Source: Octopus vulgaris
Taxonomy: Eukaryota
DNA: 64,000 nucleotides
NCBI GenBank assembly: GCA_951406725.2
Contig: OX597828.1
Coordinates: forward strand, 69,998,001-70,062,000
Direction of reading: 5' to 3'
The notes below the pieces were generated by a model, which saw nothing but the letters and a program-made list of their open reading frames with translations, did not search any database and was not told the DNA's origin. Every line of letters starts with the position of its first letter. The stretch's first letter is position 1. The position numbers were made by a program, and so were the translations under genes. This document shows positions 29,439 through 44,470 of this stretch, one piece after another.

Positions 29439-29589
29439 TTAATATTACTACCACGTTACATCACACAACTATCACCACTAACCACCCCCAGCACCACAAC
29501 CACCATAACAACAACAACAACAACATCAACCACAGTAATACCTGTAAAAACAATAACAATAACAACTGAGTAATAACAACGACAACACT

Positions 29590-29653
29590 ATTATTTAATA
29601 ATAATAATAATAATAATAACAACAACAATAATAATAATAATAAAAATCAAAAT

Positions 29654-29692
<39 letters not shown>

Positions 29693-29874
29693 TAACATCA
29701 ATAATAACAATAACGATAATAACAATAACGATAAATAATAATAATAAATAATAATAATAATAATAACAACAACAATAATAATAATAAAAATAAAAACAAT
29801 AATTAATAATATAAATAATAATAATAATAACAATAACATCAATAATAACAATAACGATAATAATAATAACAATA

Positions 29875-29909
<35 letters not shown>

Positions 29910-30115
29910 CAACAATAATAATAATAAAAATAAAAACAATAATTAATAATATAAATAATAATAATAATAACAATAACATCAATAATAACAATAACGATAA
30001 TAATAATAACAATAAATGATAATAATAATAATAATAACAACAACAATAATAATAATAAAAATAAAAACAATAATTAATAATATAAATAATAATTAATAAT
30101 ATTGATAATAATAAT
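29590..30115. repeat. Higher-order tandem repeat (~4 units of ~130-150 bp) built from (AAT)n/(AAC)n
   Basis: caataacatcaataataacaataacgataat...aaaaataaaaacaataattaataatataaat recurs. Confidence 0.85.
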
Positions 30116-30433
30116 AATGATGGTTTCAAATTTTGTCTCAAGGCCAGCAATGAAGGCTCTCAGTTGATTGCATCGATCCAGTATTTAACGGGTACTTAAT
30201 TGATGGACGACCTCGTAAAGAGGAAAGGCCAAGTCAACAACAGCAACAACTAGAACAACAATAAAAATATAAATAGAACCAACGAAATTTCCGAGAAAAA
30301 GAGAACCGGGGGGAGGGGAGGGGAGGGGCGGAATGTCGAGATTCGAGTTCGTCTCCAGCTCTCTTCTTCTCTCTTTCTTTCCTTATTTTGAATCTCTCTT
30401 CTTCTTTCTCCCTATTTTTTTTTCCATCTTTCT

Positions 30434-30464
<31 letters not shown>

Positions 30465-30797
30465 AACTGTCCGTAAATTTATTTCTCTGTCTTCCTCTCC
30501 CTCTCTGCACGTGTATATATAGATGTGTGTGCGTGTGTTTGTGTGTGTGTGTGTGTGTGTGCGTGTGGATATATAGATATGTGTGTATGTGTCAACGCAC
30601 GAAACTCACGGGCTTTGAGTCACCCTGTTGCTTCAGCTAAATATTAGTAAACACACACACATACATATATATACATGTATATATGAATGTAAAGGCAGTG
30701 CTCCAGCATGGCCGCAGTCAAATGACTGAAACAAGTAAAAGAGAAAAGAGAATATATATATATATATATATATTTATATTTATTTATATGTTATATA

Positions 30798-30830
<33 letters not shown>

Positions 30831-31601
30831 GTTCATATATATATTTATTACATAATATATACACATATATATGTATACCTACACACACACCCATACGCAC
30901 ATAAACACACATACACACACGTAATCTTCCCCTAATCTCCTGTGTCATGTTTATAGAAGGAATTAAAACAATGTATGTATATTTATAACATAAACACAGA
31001 GCCATATATATGTATATATATATATATATATACACAAACACATACACACACACACATACATACACACTCGCACATGCACACACATACATCATCTAGGTGG
31101 GTGTATAGTTAAGTAAAACAAGCTCTCATGGTATGTTTATTTCTTGAGTTGAAGAGCAAAGAAAAGGCAGCCGAAATAGAAACAGACAAACCTACAGTAT
31201 ACATACATAAACATATACATATATTTATAGACACACACACACACACAAACACACACACACGTACGCAGGCACTTACACACACGCACACGCACGCACCCAC
31301 ACACATTCATGCGTGTGTATTCTCAGCAAATAATTACCCTTTCATAATGCCCACCTCTCACTACACCTAAATTCCCCCCTCGTTTTGTTCCCCTCCTCCC
31401 CCACTGTTCTTTATCTGCTTCCTCTTCCTCGTCCCCCCTCTATATCTCTATTTATCTATCTCCACCCTCTCTCGCTCTTACATTCTCTTTCTCCACCATT
31501 CGAGAAGGGGACAAATATTTTCATCCAACTTAGACCCAGCACTGAAAAAGAAAAAAAACAACAAAAACAAACGTTGCGTTCGTTTATTCGGTCGGATACC
31601 T

Positions 31602-31638
<37 letters not shown>

Positions 31639-31996
31639 AAGTAATAAGAATATCGGAATAAGAATAATAACGGAATCGATAATAACGGAATAAATACAAT
31701 AATAGTCCTTCTACCGTGTGATGTTGAAAATTGACAATATGTCTGTTTACATTCGCCTCACCACGTGCCTGTATTGTCAACAGGATCGTTAAAACTCTAC
31801 ACCAAACCGTCTGTCTACATATTTCTCTGTCCATTTATCTATCCACTTATCTAAACTACCATTTAACAAGCCACTACACGAACATACAACAAACTCAAGA
31901 TATATATATATGCATTCATATATAGCGTGTATATAGAGACAATTATACAAACTTTCATCAACCCTCTCTTAGTTCTTATCTCTCATAATATAAATA

Positions 31997-32275
31997 TATA
32001 CACACATACGTGTGTATATATTATATATACATCAATTACCGGGACATCTACCAGTTGACTATATATATATACACATACGTGTGTATATATTATACATACA
32101 TCAATTACCGGGAGATCTACCAGTTGACTATATATATATACACATACGTGTGTATATATTATATATACATCAATTACCGGGAGATCTACCAGTTGACTAT
32201 ATATATATACACATACGTGTGTATATATTATACATACATCAATTACCGGGAGATCTACCAGTTGACTATATATAT
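31997..32275. repeat. 69-bp minisatellite, 4 copies
   Basis: acacatacgtgtgtatatatta..catcaattaccgggagatctaccagttgact x4; 23-aa periodicity in the ORF track. Confidence 0.95.
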
Positions 32276-32757
32276 ATATATATATATATATACACGCACA
32301 CACTGTCGAATAACTAGAGACAACTAACCAACTAACAAGCCATTGTATACACATAGATAAACATTTTAGACGTATATATACAAAGTATATACATACGATT
32401 ATAAGGACAAATACTGAAGATATATATTACGTATACAAGCGAACTTTTCAACTGTGTCAACAACAGCAGGAAATATATATTCACAGGTCTGTCATTCATT
32501 TATCTATATTTATATTGACCCGTATGCATCAAGTTGTTGTTGTTGTTGTTGCTGTTCCTGTCACTGCCCCAATTTTTTCTTTATCGCAGTCTATATATGT
32601 GTTGTCTGAATCTTTTTCGCATGGCAGGCAAATAGAAGTGCATCTATAATGTAGCGCTCATACATATTGTACACACCCACGTGTTTTTCGTTTGTTTACG
32701 TGCGCTTATATATGCGTACATATAAGTATACATACACAAACATACATGCATACATAC

Positions 32758-32802
<45 letters not shown>

Positions 32803-32811
32803 AATATATAC

Positions 32812-32881
<70 letters not shown>

Positions 32882-33009
32882 ATACATATACATATATTTA
32901 TATACACACATATATATATATGTATACATATACATATATTTATATACACACACATATATATATATATATATATGTGTGTATACATATACATATATTTATA
33001 CACACACAC

Positions 33010-33078
<69 letters not shown>

Positions 33079-33099
33079 AGTGTATATATGTATATATAT

Positions 33100-33183
<84 letters not shown>

Positions 33184-33404
33184 GCACGAACACTCCTTCT
33201 CGTGCAATACATTCGCAGATGATGTTTCGAAGCAGCTGTTGTCTATTGAAATGAATCTAGTAAATATTTCCTGCTGCCAACGGTGAGATAAAATGCAACG
33301 TCAACGTAAGCTGGCGGGATTTGAACTCGTTTATTAATCGACGAAATTAATTACTACTCAGCTGGCTACCATCTGTGCCACCCTTAATAGGCTCGATAAT
33401 AATA

Positions 33405-33760
33405 TTTATTTCTTTACTACCCACAAGGGGCTAAACATAGAGGGGACAAACAAGGACAGACAAACGGATTAAGTCGATTACATCGACCCCAGTGCGTAAC
33501 TGGTACTTAATTTATCGACCCCGAAAGGATGAAAGGCAAAGTCAACCTCGGCGGAATTTGAACCCAGATCATCGTAATAAACTGTATCAAGATATTAGTA
33601 ACAATAATGGTTTCATATTTTGGTACAAGGCCTGCAATTTTAGGGGAAAAGGGGTTAGTCGATTACCTCGGCTCCAGTACTTGACAGGGATTTTATTTTA
33701 TCGACCCTGGAGCGATGTAAGGTGAAGTTGACTCTGGCGGAATTTGAACTCAGAACGTAA
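33405..33760 (-). mobile_element. Two adjacent 5'-truncated family A SINEs (young 33405-33565; older 33605-33760)
   Basis: Shared Meta-like domain with two different tails. Confidence 0.85.
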
Positions 33761-35418
33761 TATGAAACGACACTTTATTAACCAGTGGGGCAACAAATTG
33801 GGGATATTAAAAGGGCGAAATACTGACACTGTTAGCGTGGAATGGATAAATAGGGACAATGAAAAGGGGCCTTAAATAAATAGCACTGGAAAAATAAACA
33901 CAGAACAATAGATAAATAACAATAAAGAAAATATACAAAACAACAACGAAAAAAGTGCAAGAAAGGATCAGTAAACAATCACTTGGGGTCCCAAAACCTT
34001 ACACCCACGTGCGTGCACAAAAGACCCGGATTGCCCTGACACAGCAAAACTCCAATGCCCCCGTATAAGTTCTGGGACCCTGTCTCTGTTGGTGTATTCT
34101 GAGTGAAGGGCAATTTTAAGGCGCGCCAAACATGCCCCGCTGGCTGACCGTCTGAGCCCGAATCAGCGAAAGAGCCTCAACGTAGAAGAAATTAACTTGC
34201 AAGAAATAACAGCTAAAGTTACTATAAATGGCTTGTTTAGGAAAAAGAAGCATTCGGCGGAAACATTGTATGTATGTGTATCTATATATGTATGTATGTA
34301 GGTATGTATGTATGTATGTGTATATATATATATGCGTGCAGAAGCATGCATGCATGTTTGCATGCAGGCAGGCAGGCATGTCTCTCCAGACTGTTTGACA
34401 CATAAACAAACACTTAAGATAAGTGGATGCTGTTTTGGAGCGAGGTGGGGGTGGAATGTCAGTGTGACCGAACGGCAGAGAATGAGGAGTGGGGACACAA
34501 AGCTATACACACACACACACACACACACGTATGTTTATATGTGTGTGTGTGTGTGTGTGTATATATATAGAAAGAGATAGAGGGAGAGGGAGAGAGCAGT
34601 TTATGCAGTTTTATATATACATATATATATATACACATGTATATAGATACATAGAGATACGCATGCATACTTGCACACAAACATATACATACGTACATAC
34701 ACACCTACATACATTCACACGCCTACATACATGCATACATACATACACACATACACACATACATTCGTTCATACACACACAGAGTCTAACAAAGACAATG
34801 CGAGTGTTCTATAAACACCTCCGCCCCTCCGCCACCGCTTACATCCGCTGTTTTTTTTTTGTTCTTTTTGTTATTGTTGATATTGTTTTAACTACAGGTC
34901 AGTCTCATGCGAGGAAAGCCTTTGAACGAAGTCAAGCCAATTATGACCACCTCGTCTTTATCATCTGTATATCAGCGACAACAATTAGTTAGAGAATCCT
35001 CCACATCCCGCCTCCTTTGCGAAAAACGAGAGCGAGAGAGTCGAGGTAGATCTAGCTGCTATTTCTGGCACGTAGCGAGACCGACGTGGGCGATCCCTCA
35101 TTCGCTCTTGTGTACTGTTGCTGTTGTTGTTGTCAGAGATAATTTCCTTTGTTGATAACATACTGCTTATGTCGTTATATCTTCACAAGTTGTTTATATT
35201 CACAAGTTTACATCAGTTGTAAACCCAGTTGACCCCCACCTGCCCTTCTTACACTCCTTATCTCTCTTCTCCGATACCCTTTCCTAACTGCCCATCCCTC
35301 TATCCTTTCACCTCTGCCCTCTGTCCCTACCCGCTGCACCCACCCCCAACAAATTTTAAGGTCAGTTAATGAACCTTTTGGGAGCAACTGAGAAAGAGAG
35401 AGAGAGCTTTGTCCTGAC

Positions 35419-35668
35419 CAGGGGTACTCAACCATTTTTTGCCTATGGATCCCTTTATTACCAGTTTTGCTCTAATGGACACTCATAGGCATTCGATGTA
35501 TATTAAAAAATCCTATTTCTATAATGAAGTATTCTTAGGAATTGCATAAAATAAGTGCTAAATTATTTTGTGTGTTATAGAATTTAACCACTTTATTACC
35601 CATAAATCTTAAGGACAAAATCTTATATGGACCCCCAAGTGCCGTATAGACCTTGTTGAAAACCACTG
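35419..35668. mobile_element. hAT (Charlie-like) MITE
   Basis: TIRs caggggtactcaac / gttgaaaaccactg; related to 57725-58068; no clean TSD. Confidence 0.7.
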
Positions 35669-37252
35669 CTCTGGTCCCTACACGAGACCCGTCTTAACAG
35701 TATTATAGTTGCCCCCGACCGAAGCAAAGCACTGAGGTCCCTACACAGAGAACAACCACTGTGTATACATTGGTTCCATAGTACTGCATTCATAGCATTG
35801 GGTCCTAGACCCGTGGAAGCCTCCGGACAACTGGCCAATATGTTCAACCTCTGAGATAGCATGGCTGGCTCTAGACCACACAGTAAACTGTCATGTGTTT
35901 AGTTGTGTAGCCTACGGTGTGTGTGTGTGTTATTGTGATGATGTAGTGTGCCAGCAAGGCCATGCAGTGTGGGGGCAGTTGTGGGAACATGTTATGTGGT
36001 CGTCAGGCTATGTAACCCTGCTCCACAGCGCCACCGTAGTGCAGTGGTGCTGTGAGGTCGTGCAGTAGGTGAGGGTGTAGTGCGGCAGTAAGGTCTTGAT
36101 CCTTTGATCATAATTATTCTCATTCAAGGCCGCTATGGAGCCAACCATCAACAATCATCCATTAAAACAGTTGTCTTTAAGTAGAGCTAAGTCAAAAAGA
36201 TGTATTTTATAGGTGACGGGTAAGGGGGTTGTGAGTGACAAGATGTTAGGGTGCGGACCTTAAGAGTGTTGTAAGATTTCTCTGACTTCGTTCATGTCGA
36301 TGTTGTTTAACCAAGGTCATATGAAGGTCATCCCATCCGTGCCATTCTGTTTTGCCACCATGGCCACAATGTATCGTGAACCTCATTAGTCAATGCGTGC
36401 TCCTTTTCTAAACCTCTAACGCAGAATGTCAGCTAGATTTGATTGCCCCTTTAGTCTGGGAAGAAAGGGCCGTGTGCATGACCCCGTTATCGTTTCCAGG
36501 GCCTCCCAGTCTGTTGGAAGACTGAATGAGGTTCTCCTCAAACTGAAGACGTGGCTCTAATGCTTGCAACAAACTTGTTTCTGCTAAAGGCATTCAAGGC
36601 CCAAGTGGAGGGGTTTCTGGTATCTTCTCAGAACCCCTATCGTGAGATTTCTGTGTAGCCCCAGATTAATTCTGATCGAGAAGACCAATGAAGCATACGT
36701 GATCGACCAAGCGCAATTCATATACCTGTTGTCCTAGATATACCATGCCACAATCTGGTTCATTACCTTAGACTACACCCCGACATAACTTGGTTAACAA
36801 ATAGTATGTTGTATAGCGTGGCAGACTAGGTACTCTTTTCTACTTGTACTCTCTTCACTGTCCGATCTAAGTCCAACCATACTGGACATTCTGACGTTTG
36901 TTCTGTGACCAGTATGGTATTTTGTGTTGTTTCTGTTTATATTGTGGTTTGTTGTTGGGAGATGAGAAACTTGCCTAACCTGTATCACCGAATAGAAACA
37001 AACGGAAAAACAAAAACCTACGTAAAGTGATGATGATAATGATGATGATGATGATGTATGTGCGTGTGTATGTTATGTATGTATGTCATATATATGTATG
37101 TATGTCATATATATGTATGTAATGTATGAATGTATGTATGTAGGTTGGTAGAAATGTATGTAGGTATGTATGTATGTATGTATAAATGTTTGTATGTACA
37201 CACATTTATATTCCTATATGTACAAATATATATTCATATACAAATATATACG

Positions 37253-37284
<32 letters not shown>

Positions 37285-37839
37285 CATATTTATACATATG
37301 CATACATATAGGTAATGTACATATGTATAAATACACGCATACATACATACGTGCAAGCACGCATACGTCCAGACATACGTGTGTACATCCATACATATAT
37401 GTACTGTACATGTATGTACATATAAAGAAATGTAGCATGTATAGAAATAATATACATACGTTACGCATATAATAGCATACTTGAATATATACACTTTATT
37501 GGGGTATATACGTGCGCGCGCGTCTCTACGTATGTAGTTCACACTGGAACATATTCACATCTTCATATATATATATATACACATACACACATGTACACGC
37601 AGTTATAGGAAAGCTAGGTCATGCACGTGGATATATATTTGTATACACGTGCGCACGTTTACATAATACATACAGAGTGTGTAGGTGTGAATGTGTGTGT
37701 GTGTGAGTATGTGTGTTTGTGTGCGTGTGCATGAGGATGCACCTATTTTGGTGTATGTGTGCATTTGTACGCATGAGTATGTATGTATGTATGCATGTTT
37801 ACATGCATGTATGTATGTACTTATTTGTACGTACGTATG

Positions 37840-37872
<33 letters not shown>

Positions 37873-39163
37873 GTATGTATGTATGTATGTGTGTGTATGT
37901 ACGTGTATGTGCATATGCGTGCATTTTGTGTGAATGTGTGTGTATGTGTGTGTATGCGTGCATTTGTCCACATGCGCTCGTGTGGTTGTATGTGTGTATA
38001 TGTGTGTATGCATGTTTACATATGTTTGTTTGCATCTATGTATGTATGTGTGTATGTATGTATGTATGTGTGTGTCTATGTATGTATGTATGTATGTGTA
38101 TGTGCGTATGCGTGCAGTTGCGTGCATGTGCTTGTGTCGTTGTATGTGCGTTTATGTGTGTATGTGTATGCAGGTATGCATGTGTGTATATGTGCGCAAG
38201 TGTGTGTATATGTTTATATGTATGAATGTGTACATATGTGTGTTTGTTTGATAGTCTATGTGCGTTTGTGTATATATATGCATATGTGTGTACGCATGCC
38301 TGTATGAATGTAGGTGTGTGTTGGTGTATGTTTGTGTATGTGTGTGTATGTGCTCATCTGCATGTGTGTGTATGTACACGTTATTGTGTTTGTGTATGTC
38401 TGTGCATAGTGTGCATGTGTATGTGTGTTTGTGTATGTCCGTGTGTATGTATGTGTATATGTATGTGACATAATCGTCACATCTTCAATAACATCCAAGG
38501 CATCCTCTAAATGGTTGCTAGTCCTGCCAGAAATAGCAGCTAAATCTCCTTTAAATCTGGAAAAAAAAAGAAGGCCATATTTGATGAAAGCGTTGTTCTA
38601 GATCCAATTATAGATTGATTGTGTTTGATGTAACACGTCCGGCCGGATGGCTAGGTGGGGATGGCAAACGGCGTGGTGGTCACGGATGGCTGTATGTAGG
38701 TCGGCTCCAGCAGAACTGACCGAGGGCTAAAGTAGAGCAACAACGATATTACCAACAACAACTACAACAACAACAACAGCAGCAACACCACCAGCACCAC
38801 AGCAACAACAACGACAACGCAGATAATAACATCTTCATCGGCAGTAATGACAACAACAGCAATAACAATATCAACATCGACAGCAACAAGACGAAGAAAA
38901 ACAGCAGCAAGAACGATATCAACATCTGCCGAAGATGGCGGCGGCGGCGGCGACGCCGTAAACAAAACAAGGACATCTTTCGGTTCGTCCTTGTATTATG
39001 AACACCGTATGGTGTCATTTGAGAGAGATCTGACTGTTGTTTCTAGCAGCTCGTGTTTAAATTATTTCTCACATGATTGTCGGTAGGTATGTAACAACAG
39101 CGGCTTTCCTGCTCTGGCTATGTCCACCTTGGCTGCTTTCTCTGTGATCAACACCACGACCTT

Positions 39164-39243
<80 letters not shown>

Positions 39244-39514
39244 TGTTTGTGTGTGTGTGTAGGGGTTCTCCGTGTTACCGATCGACCAGCTGCTAGAAAA
39301 AAAGCAACGAAAACCTTTTCTCAACTCGCATACTATCGTCTTAATTACACGAAGGACACTTCAATAATGTAGTTGGGGAGATGTTTGAATGAAAGGCGAG
39401 ATGGTCATGGCTGGAAACGATGACATTTCATTATAAGTCCGCTTGTGTCGAGGCTAATCTAAAGTCAGATGACAACAACAGGTACCCAGAGAGAGAGAGA
39501 GAGAGAGAGAGAGT

Positions 39515-39552
<38 letters not shown>

Positions 39553-40383
39553 ATGGGCAGTGGCTGAGACGTACAATGTGTCAATACCGTCACAAACGTC
39601 ATTTGTCCATAATGTCGCCCTCAACACCACCCACATTACACGTCCATACTGCCACCCATCGTATGAGTCCATCTTGTCATTCTGCATTATACATGTGACA
39701 AAAAAAACTGTCCATATTGTCAATCTACACTATGTAAGACACACCATATGTCCACACCGTCACCCATACAACGTGTCTGTACTGTCATCCTATACTGTGT
39801 ATAAGACACGCCGTATGCCGAACAGACAGACAGATAGAGAGACAGAAAGAAAAAGAAAGAAAGAAAGAAAAAGAAAGAAAGAAAGAAAAAGAAAGAAAGA
39901 AAGGAAGGAAGGAAGAAAGTGAATCTTGATGTCGGTGCTATTTGAACTCAAGAGTACAAGAAGCTGGTCAAATTTCGCAGCGTGCTCTACACGAAAGGTT
40001 TAGCGAGCCTGGCAGTCGATCACCTTGAAGCGTTTATTAAGCATTAACAAATCATGCCCTACCAAGCTATACGATGGGTCCTTGGACATTTTAAACTTAG
40101 AAGAGCCCCTATTCTCTCCAGATTTGACCCACCACACCAGAAGAGAAAAATCAGAGAGACAGAAATATAACGACTGAGAGAAAGCGAATCGAGCTTTGTA
40201 CAGAAGGGGTACTTTATTTATCGATCCTAAAAAGATAAAAAGCAAATATGACGACGGTAGAATTTGAACTCGGAGCACGTAAAGCTGGAACGATTATGGG
40301 GAAAGAATCTAACCTAGGACTATTTTCTATTTCTTAAAGCCTGGTACTTATTCTATCAGTGTCTTTTGCCGAAGCGCTAGATC

Positions 40384-40414
<31 letters not shown>

Positions 40415-42640
40415 TGTATGTATGTATGTATGTATGTATGTATGTATGCATGCATGTATGTATGTATGTATGTATGTATGTATGCATGCATGTATATATG
40501 TATATATGTGTGTGTGTTTGTGTGCATGTATGTATATCTGTGTGTGTTTGTGTGTGTGTGTATTTGTCCCCTTCAACCATTTGACAACCACTATTGATTG
40601 GTTGGTTTCCTCGCCGTAACATAGCGGTTCGGAAATAGCGACCAATAAAATAGGCATCTGGCATAAAAAGAAAAATAAGTACATAGATTGATTTGTTCGA
40701 CTAAAACATTTCCAAGTTACTGCCCCAGCATGGCCACAGTCCAATGGCTGAAGCAATTACAAGATAGTGAAAGATGAACCACTGAACTGGAACTCCATAT
40801 GTCGACATAAGGTGAATCTGGAGCTTTGCGTCTGGAGACGGTATCTAGCAAGTTCGAGCGACAATGTGTCTAATATAGGTGGTTCGTAATTGCTGTGGGT
40901 GTTGATTAACCCGCTACTTCTTGCAGGCGGCCCTGAGAAGGGTTTGTGAGAAACGGACAAAAGGAGCCTGACAAACTGAAGAGAATCAATTTGGTCGAAA
41001 ACTCTCTTCTTGAAAGTGTTCAACATCATGGCAGAGAGAATTATTTCTGATGTGAACTTGTCGTTAATAAAAGAGGGTGGGGCGTAGAAAATATTGCTAG
41101 ATATTGGGTGGGGGTGGGAGGGGTGGGTCAGTTTGGTAACCATGGTTTAGCCCCGGATCACTGTCTTTAACTAATAAATGGTGGTGACCGTTTATAGTGG
41201 CGGGGCAAGTAGATGGTGGTTGTGCTGGTGATAATACATGTGATGGTGGTGGTGGTGGTGGTGGTGGTGTGTTGATGGTGCTGGTGTTGGTGGTGCAGAT
41301 AATAATGCTGGTACTTTTAGTAGCTATTGAGGTCGTCAACACAGTGGAGACGGTGGTAGCTGGGGGTGGTGGTGATGGTGGTGGTAGCGCTGATAATACT
41401 GATGACTTTGGCATGATGGTAGTGGTAGTGGTGGTGGTGGTGTAGGTGGTGTAGGTGGTGGCTGTACTGATAGTCGTGGTAGTGATGGTGGCGGTAATGA
41501 TGGCGTGGGTAGAGTTGGTCGTGAGGAAATTGGTAATGGTGATGATGATGATGATGATGATGATGATAATGATGATTAGAAGGAGAATGGTGATGACGAT
41601 GGTGATGACGATGATGATGATGATGATGATAGTGGGTGGCTTATCATTTCCAAATCAATAATGCGTGTTAGATACATCTGTGAAATACATGCCTCTCTTT
41701 CTCTCTCTCCCTCTCTATCACCCTTTCTTTTCCCACTCTCTCTCTCTCCTTTCCCTCCGTCTCTCACTCTATCTCTCTCTCTCTGCTTCTCAAATTTTTG
41801 CCTCATACATGTGAAAATATATATATATGTATATCCGTGTATGTCTGTGTATGTAAGTGTATATGTGTGTATGATGTATGTGTGTGTGAGTGTGTGTGTG
41901 TGTGTGTTTATGCATATATGAGTGTATATTCTGTAAAATTAGAAAAAAGTTACAAAAGTGACTCAATGGCTCAAAGTTTCGTTCAGTGCACTCGCCAAAC
42001 CGACACATACATGTGTATGTATGTGTGTGTGAGCGCGCGTGTGTGTGCATGTGTATAGATGTATGTATGTGTACGCTTACATATCTCTGTGTATACACAT
42101 GTGTGTGTGTGTGTGTGTATGTGTGCGTGTTGGGCGGCGGAGTCGGGGAGGACTACGGCTGTGTTGACACATCTAACTGTCTACGTGCATAGTTACCTAA
42201 ATTTACGCTGCTACGTGGCTATTTATCCACACATATAAACACATACTTACATATACGTGCGTGTGTGTGCTTTCGAGAAACCGTTCGTGTGTATTCATTC
42301 TGAAGGGAGATGAACTGAGGTGGGTTTCAAACGGCCAAGACAGGCCATATGTCACGATGGTGCCCTCACGACTACGTCAGGAGACGAGAAGCCCGATGCG
42401 AGGCGAGCGATACGCAGTGTGCGCGCGTTTCTATCTGCAACATATGTTTATATATATATGTGGCTATATGCACGACCATATGCAGGCAAATAAGCAGGTG
42501 TGCATGTGTGTGTGTATGCGTGCGAATGTGAGTGTATGTGTGTGTGTGTGTGTTTGTGTGTGTGTGTATGGGGGAGGGTTGTTCACTGTTTAACCTCGCT
42601 TACAACTGGGTCTGTTTCAACGACGAGGTGTCCATAATCC

Positions 42641-42871
42641 GGCGAGCTGGCAGAAACGTTAGCGCGTCGGACGAAATGCGTAGCCCTATTTCGTCTGCCG
42701 TTACGTTCTGAGTTCAAATTCTGCCGAGGTCGACTTTGCCTTTCATCCTTTCGGGGTCGATAAATTAAGTACCAGTTACGCACTGGGGTCGATATAATCG
42801 ACTTAATCCGTTTGTCTGTCCTTGTTTGTCCCTTCTGTGTTTAGCCCCTTGTGGGTAGTAAAGAAATAAGT
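42641..42871 (+). mobile_element. SINE family A, young, with perfect 13-bp TSD
   Basis: TSD gtgtccataatcc at 42628-42640 and 42872-42884. Confidence 0.95.
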
Positions 42872-43067
42872 GTGTCCATAATCCTCACCTTCATACACAC
42901 TCTTACACACACACACACACGCACGCGCGCTACCACACTCTTTCACACTACCCAGCTGTCTGTCTGTCTTTCTCTCTCTCTTTCTCTTTTTTTTTTCTCT
43001 CTCTCTCTGTATATATATATATATATATATATATAAACGTATATGCACGCGCATTCACACACATACT

Positions 43068-43450
43068 CACCTTGGCTGTGTGGTAAGTAGCTCGCTAACC
43101 AACCGCATGGTTCCAGTTTCAGTCCTACTGCTTGACACCTTGGGCAAGTTTCTTCTACTATAGCCTCGGGCCGACCAAAGTCTTGTGAGTGGATTTGGTA
43201 GACGGAAACTGAAAGAAGCCCTTCGTATATATATATGTATATGTTTGTGTGTCTGTGTATGTCCCTCCACCATCACTTGACAACCGTATGTTGCTGTGTT
43301 TACGTCCCATGAACCAGCGGTTCGCCAAAAGAGATCGACAGAATAAGTACTAGGCTTACAAAGAATAAGTCCGGGGGTCGATTTGTTCAATTAAAGGCGG
43401 TGTTCCAGCCTGGCCGCAGTTTAAATGAAACAAATAAAAGGATAAAAGAA
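43068..43450 (+). mobile_element. SINE family B, near full length
   Basis: tggctgtgtggtaag...acaccttgggcaagt (CORE-like)...tggccgcag...aataaaag. Confidence 0.9.
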
Positions 43451-44228
43451 TATATATAGTTTTTTGTTTACACAAACCTATGATTAAAACAACCCAACCG
43501 TGACCACACAGTATATTTTTATATCGAACGCACAGACTGATTTATGTAAACATGCTTTTTTTTAACTAAGTGTGATCCGAATGAACTTGACTGCTATTTC
43601 TAGCAGATCAGTCGACCGCATAGAGGCTCCCATACAATGTCACACTACGAATTGTAATTGATTGAAACCTGGTCAGTTCTGACCCATCTGATTAATGACA
43701 ATCCAATCGTGACCAGTTCTGTTCTTTTAACACGTATGTCAGCGACTGAGTGCAGTCGTTAAGATAGCAAAGAGAGTTTTCGCTGCTATTTCTAGCAGAA
43801 GCGGGCCGCATGATACACGATTCATCATCAGACGGGCCGCACTACTAAAAAAGTTCTAAGTAATTTTTCGGTAAGGTGTGTCATTCAGAACATCCCACGA
43901 ACCGCTGTTTGCCCACAATTCTCATATAATATCGTGATCTGGAAAATGGAGCCTGTTTTGTAAGCATGATGCCACTGGTTCGATCTCACTGCTCGGCGTC
44001 TTGGCTAAGTATCTTTAATTTCTTCAGTAGGATCTCCGCCTCACGATCGATAATGGATTGAAGGAGGCTGTATGGAGGCCCGTGGTGGTTTGTACCTGTA
44101 AATCAAAGCTCCAGTCTAAGCCACACAGTGGGTTTGCTCTACCTTGAACACCTTGCACCATTGATGGGGCCGTAGGGACATTGTCCTGGCCGGAATGAGA
44201 CGATTTGGCCCAGCTATTTTGGCGACGG

Positions 44229-44284
<56 letters not shown>

Positions 44285-44285
<1 letters not shown>

Positions 44286-44470
44286 CATCGATTACGACGT
44301 CGAGTGTTCCAGTTGATCCGATCAACGGAACAGCCTGCTCTTGAAATTAACATCCAAGTGTCTCGGCACTCCACAGACACGCGTACCCTTCACATAGTTC
44401 TCAGAGAAATTCAGTGGGGTACCCAAAGTTACAAGGCTGTCCCCTTTGAATTACACGTGCAGGCAACTAT
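44285..44470 (+). mobile_element. SINE/RTE-type 3' tail element
   Basis: ccatcgattacgacg...gttccagttgatccgatcaacggaacagcctgctc...; related copy at 13185-13360. Confidence 0.55.
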
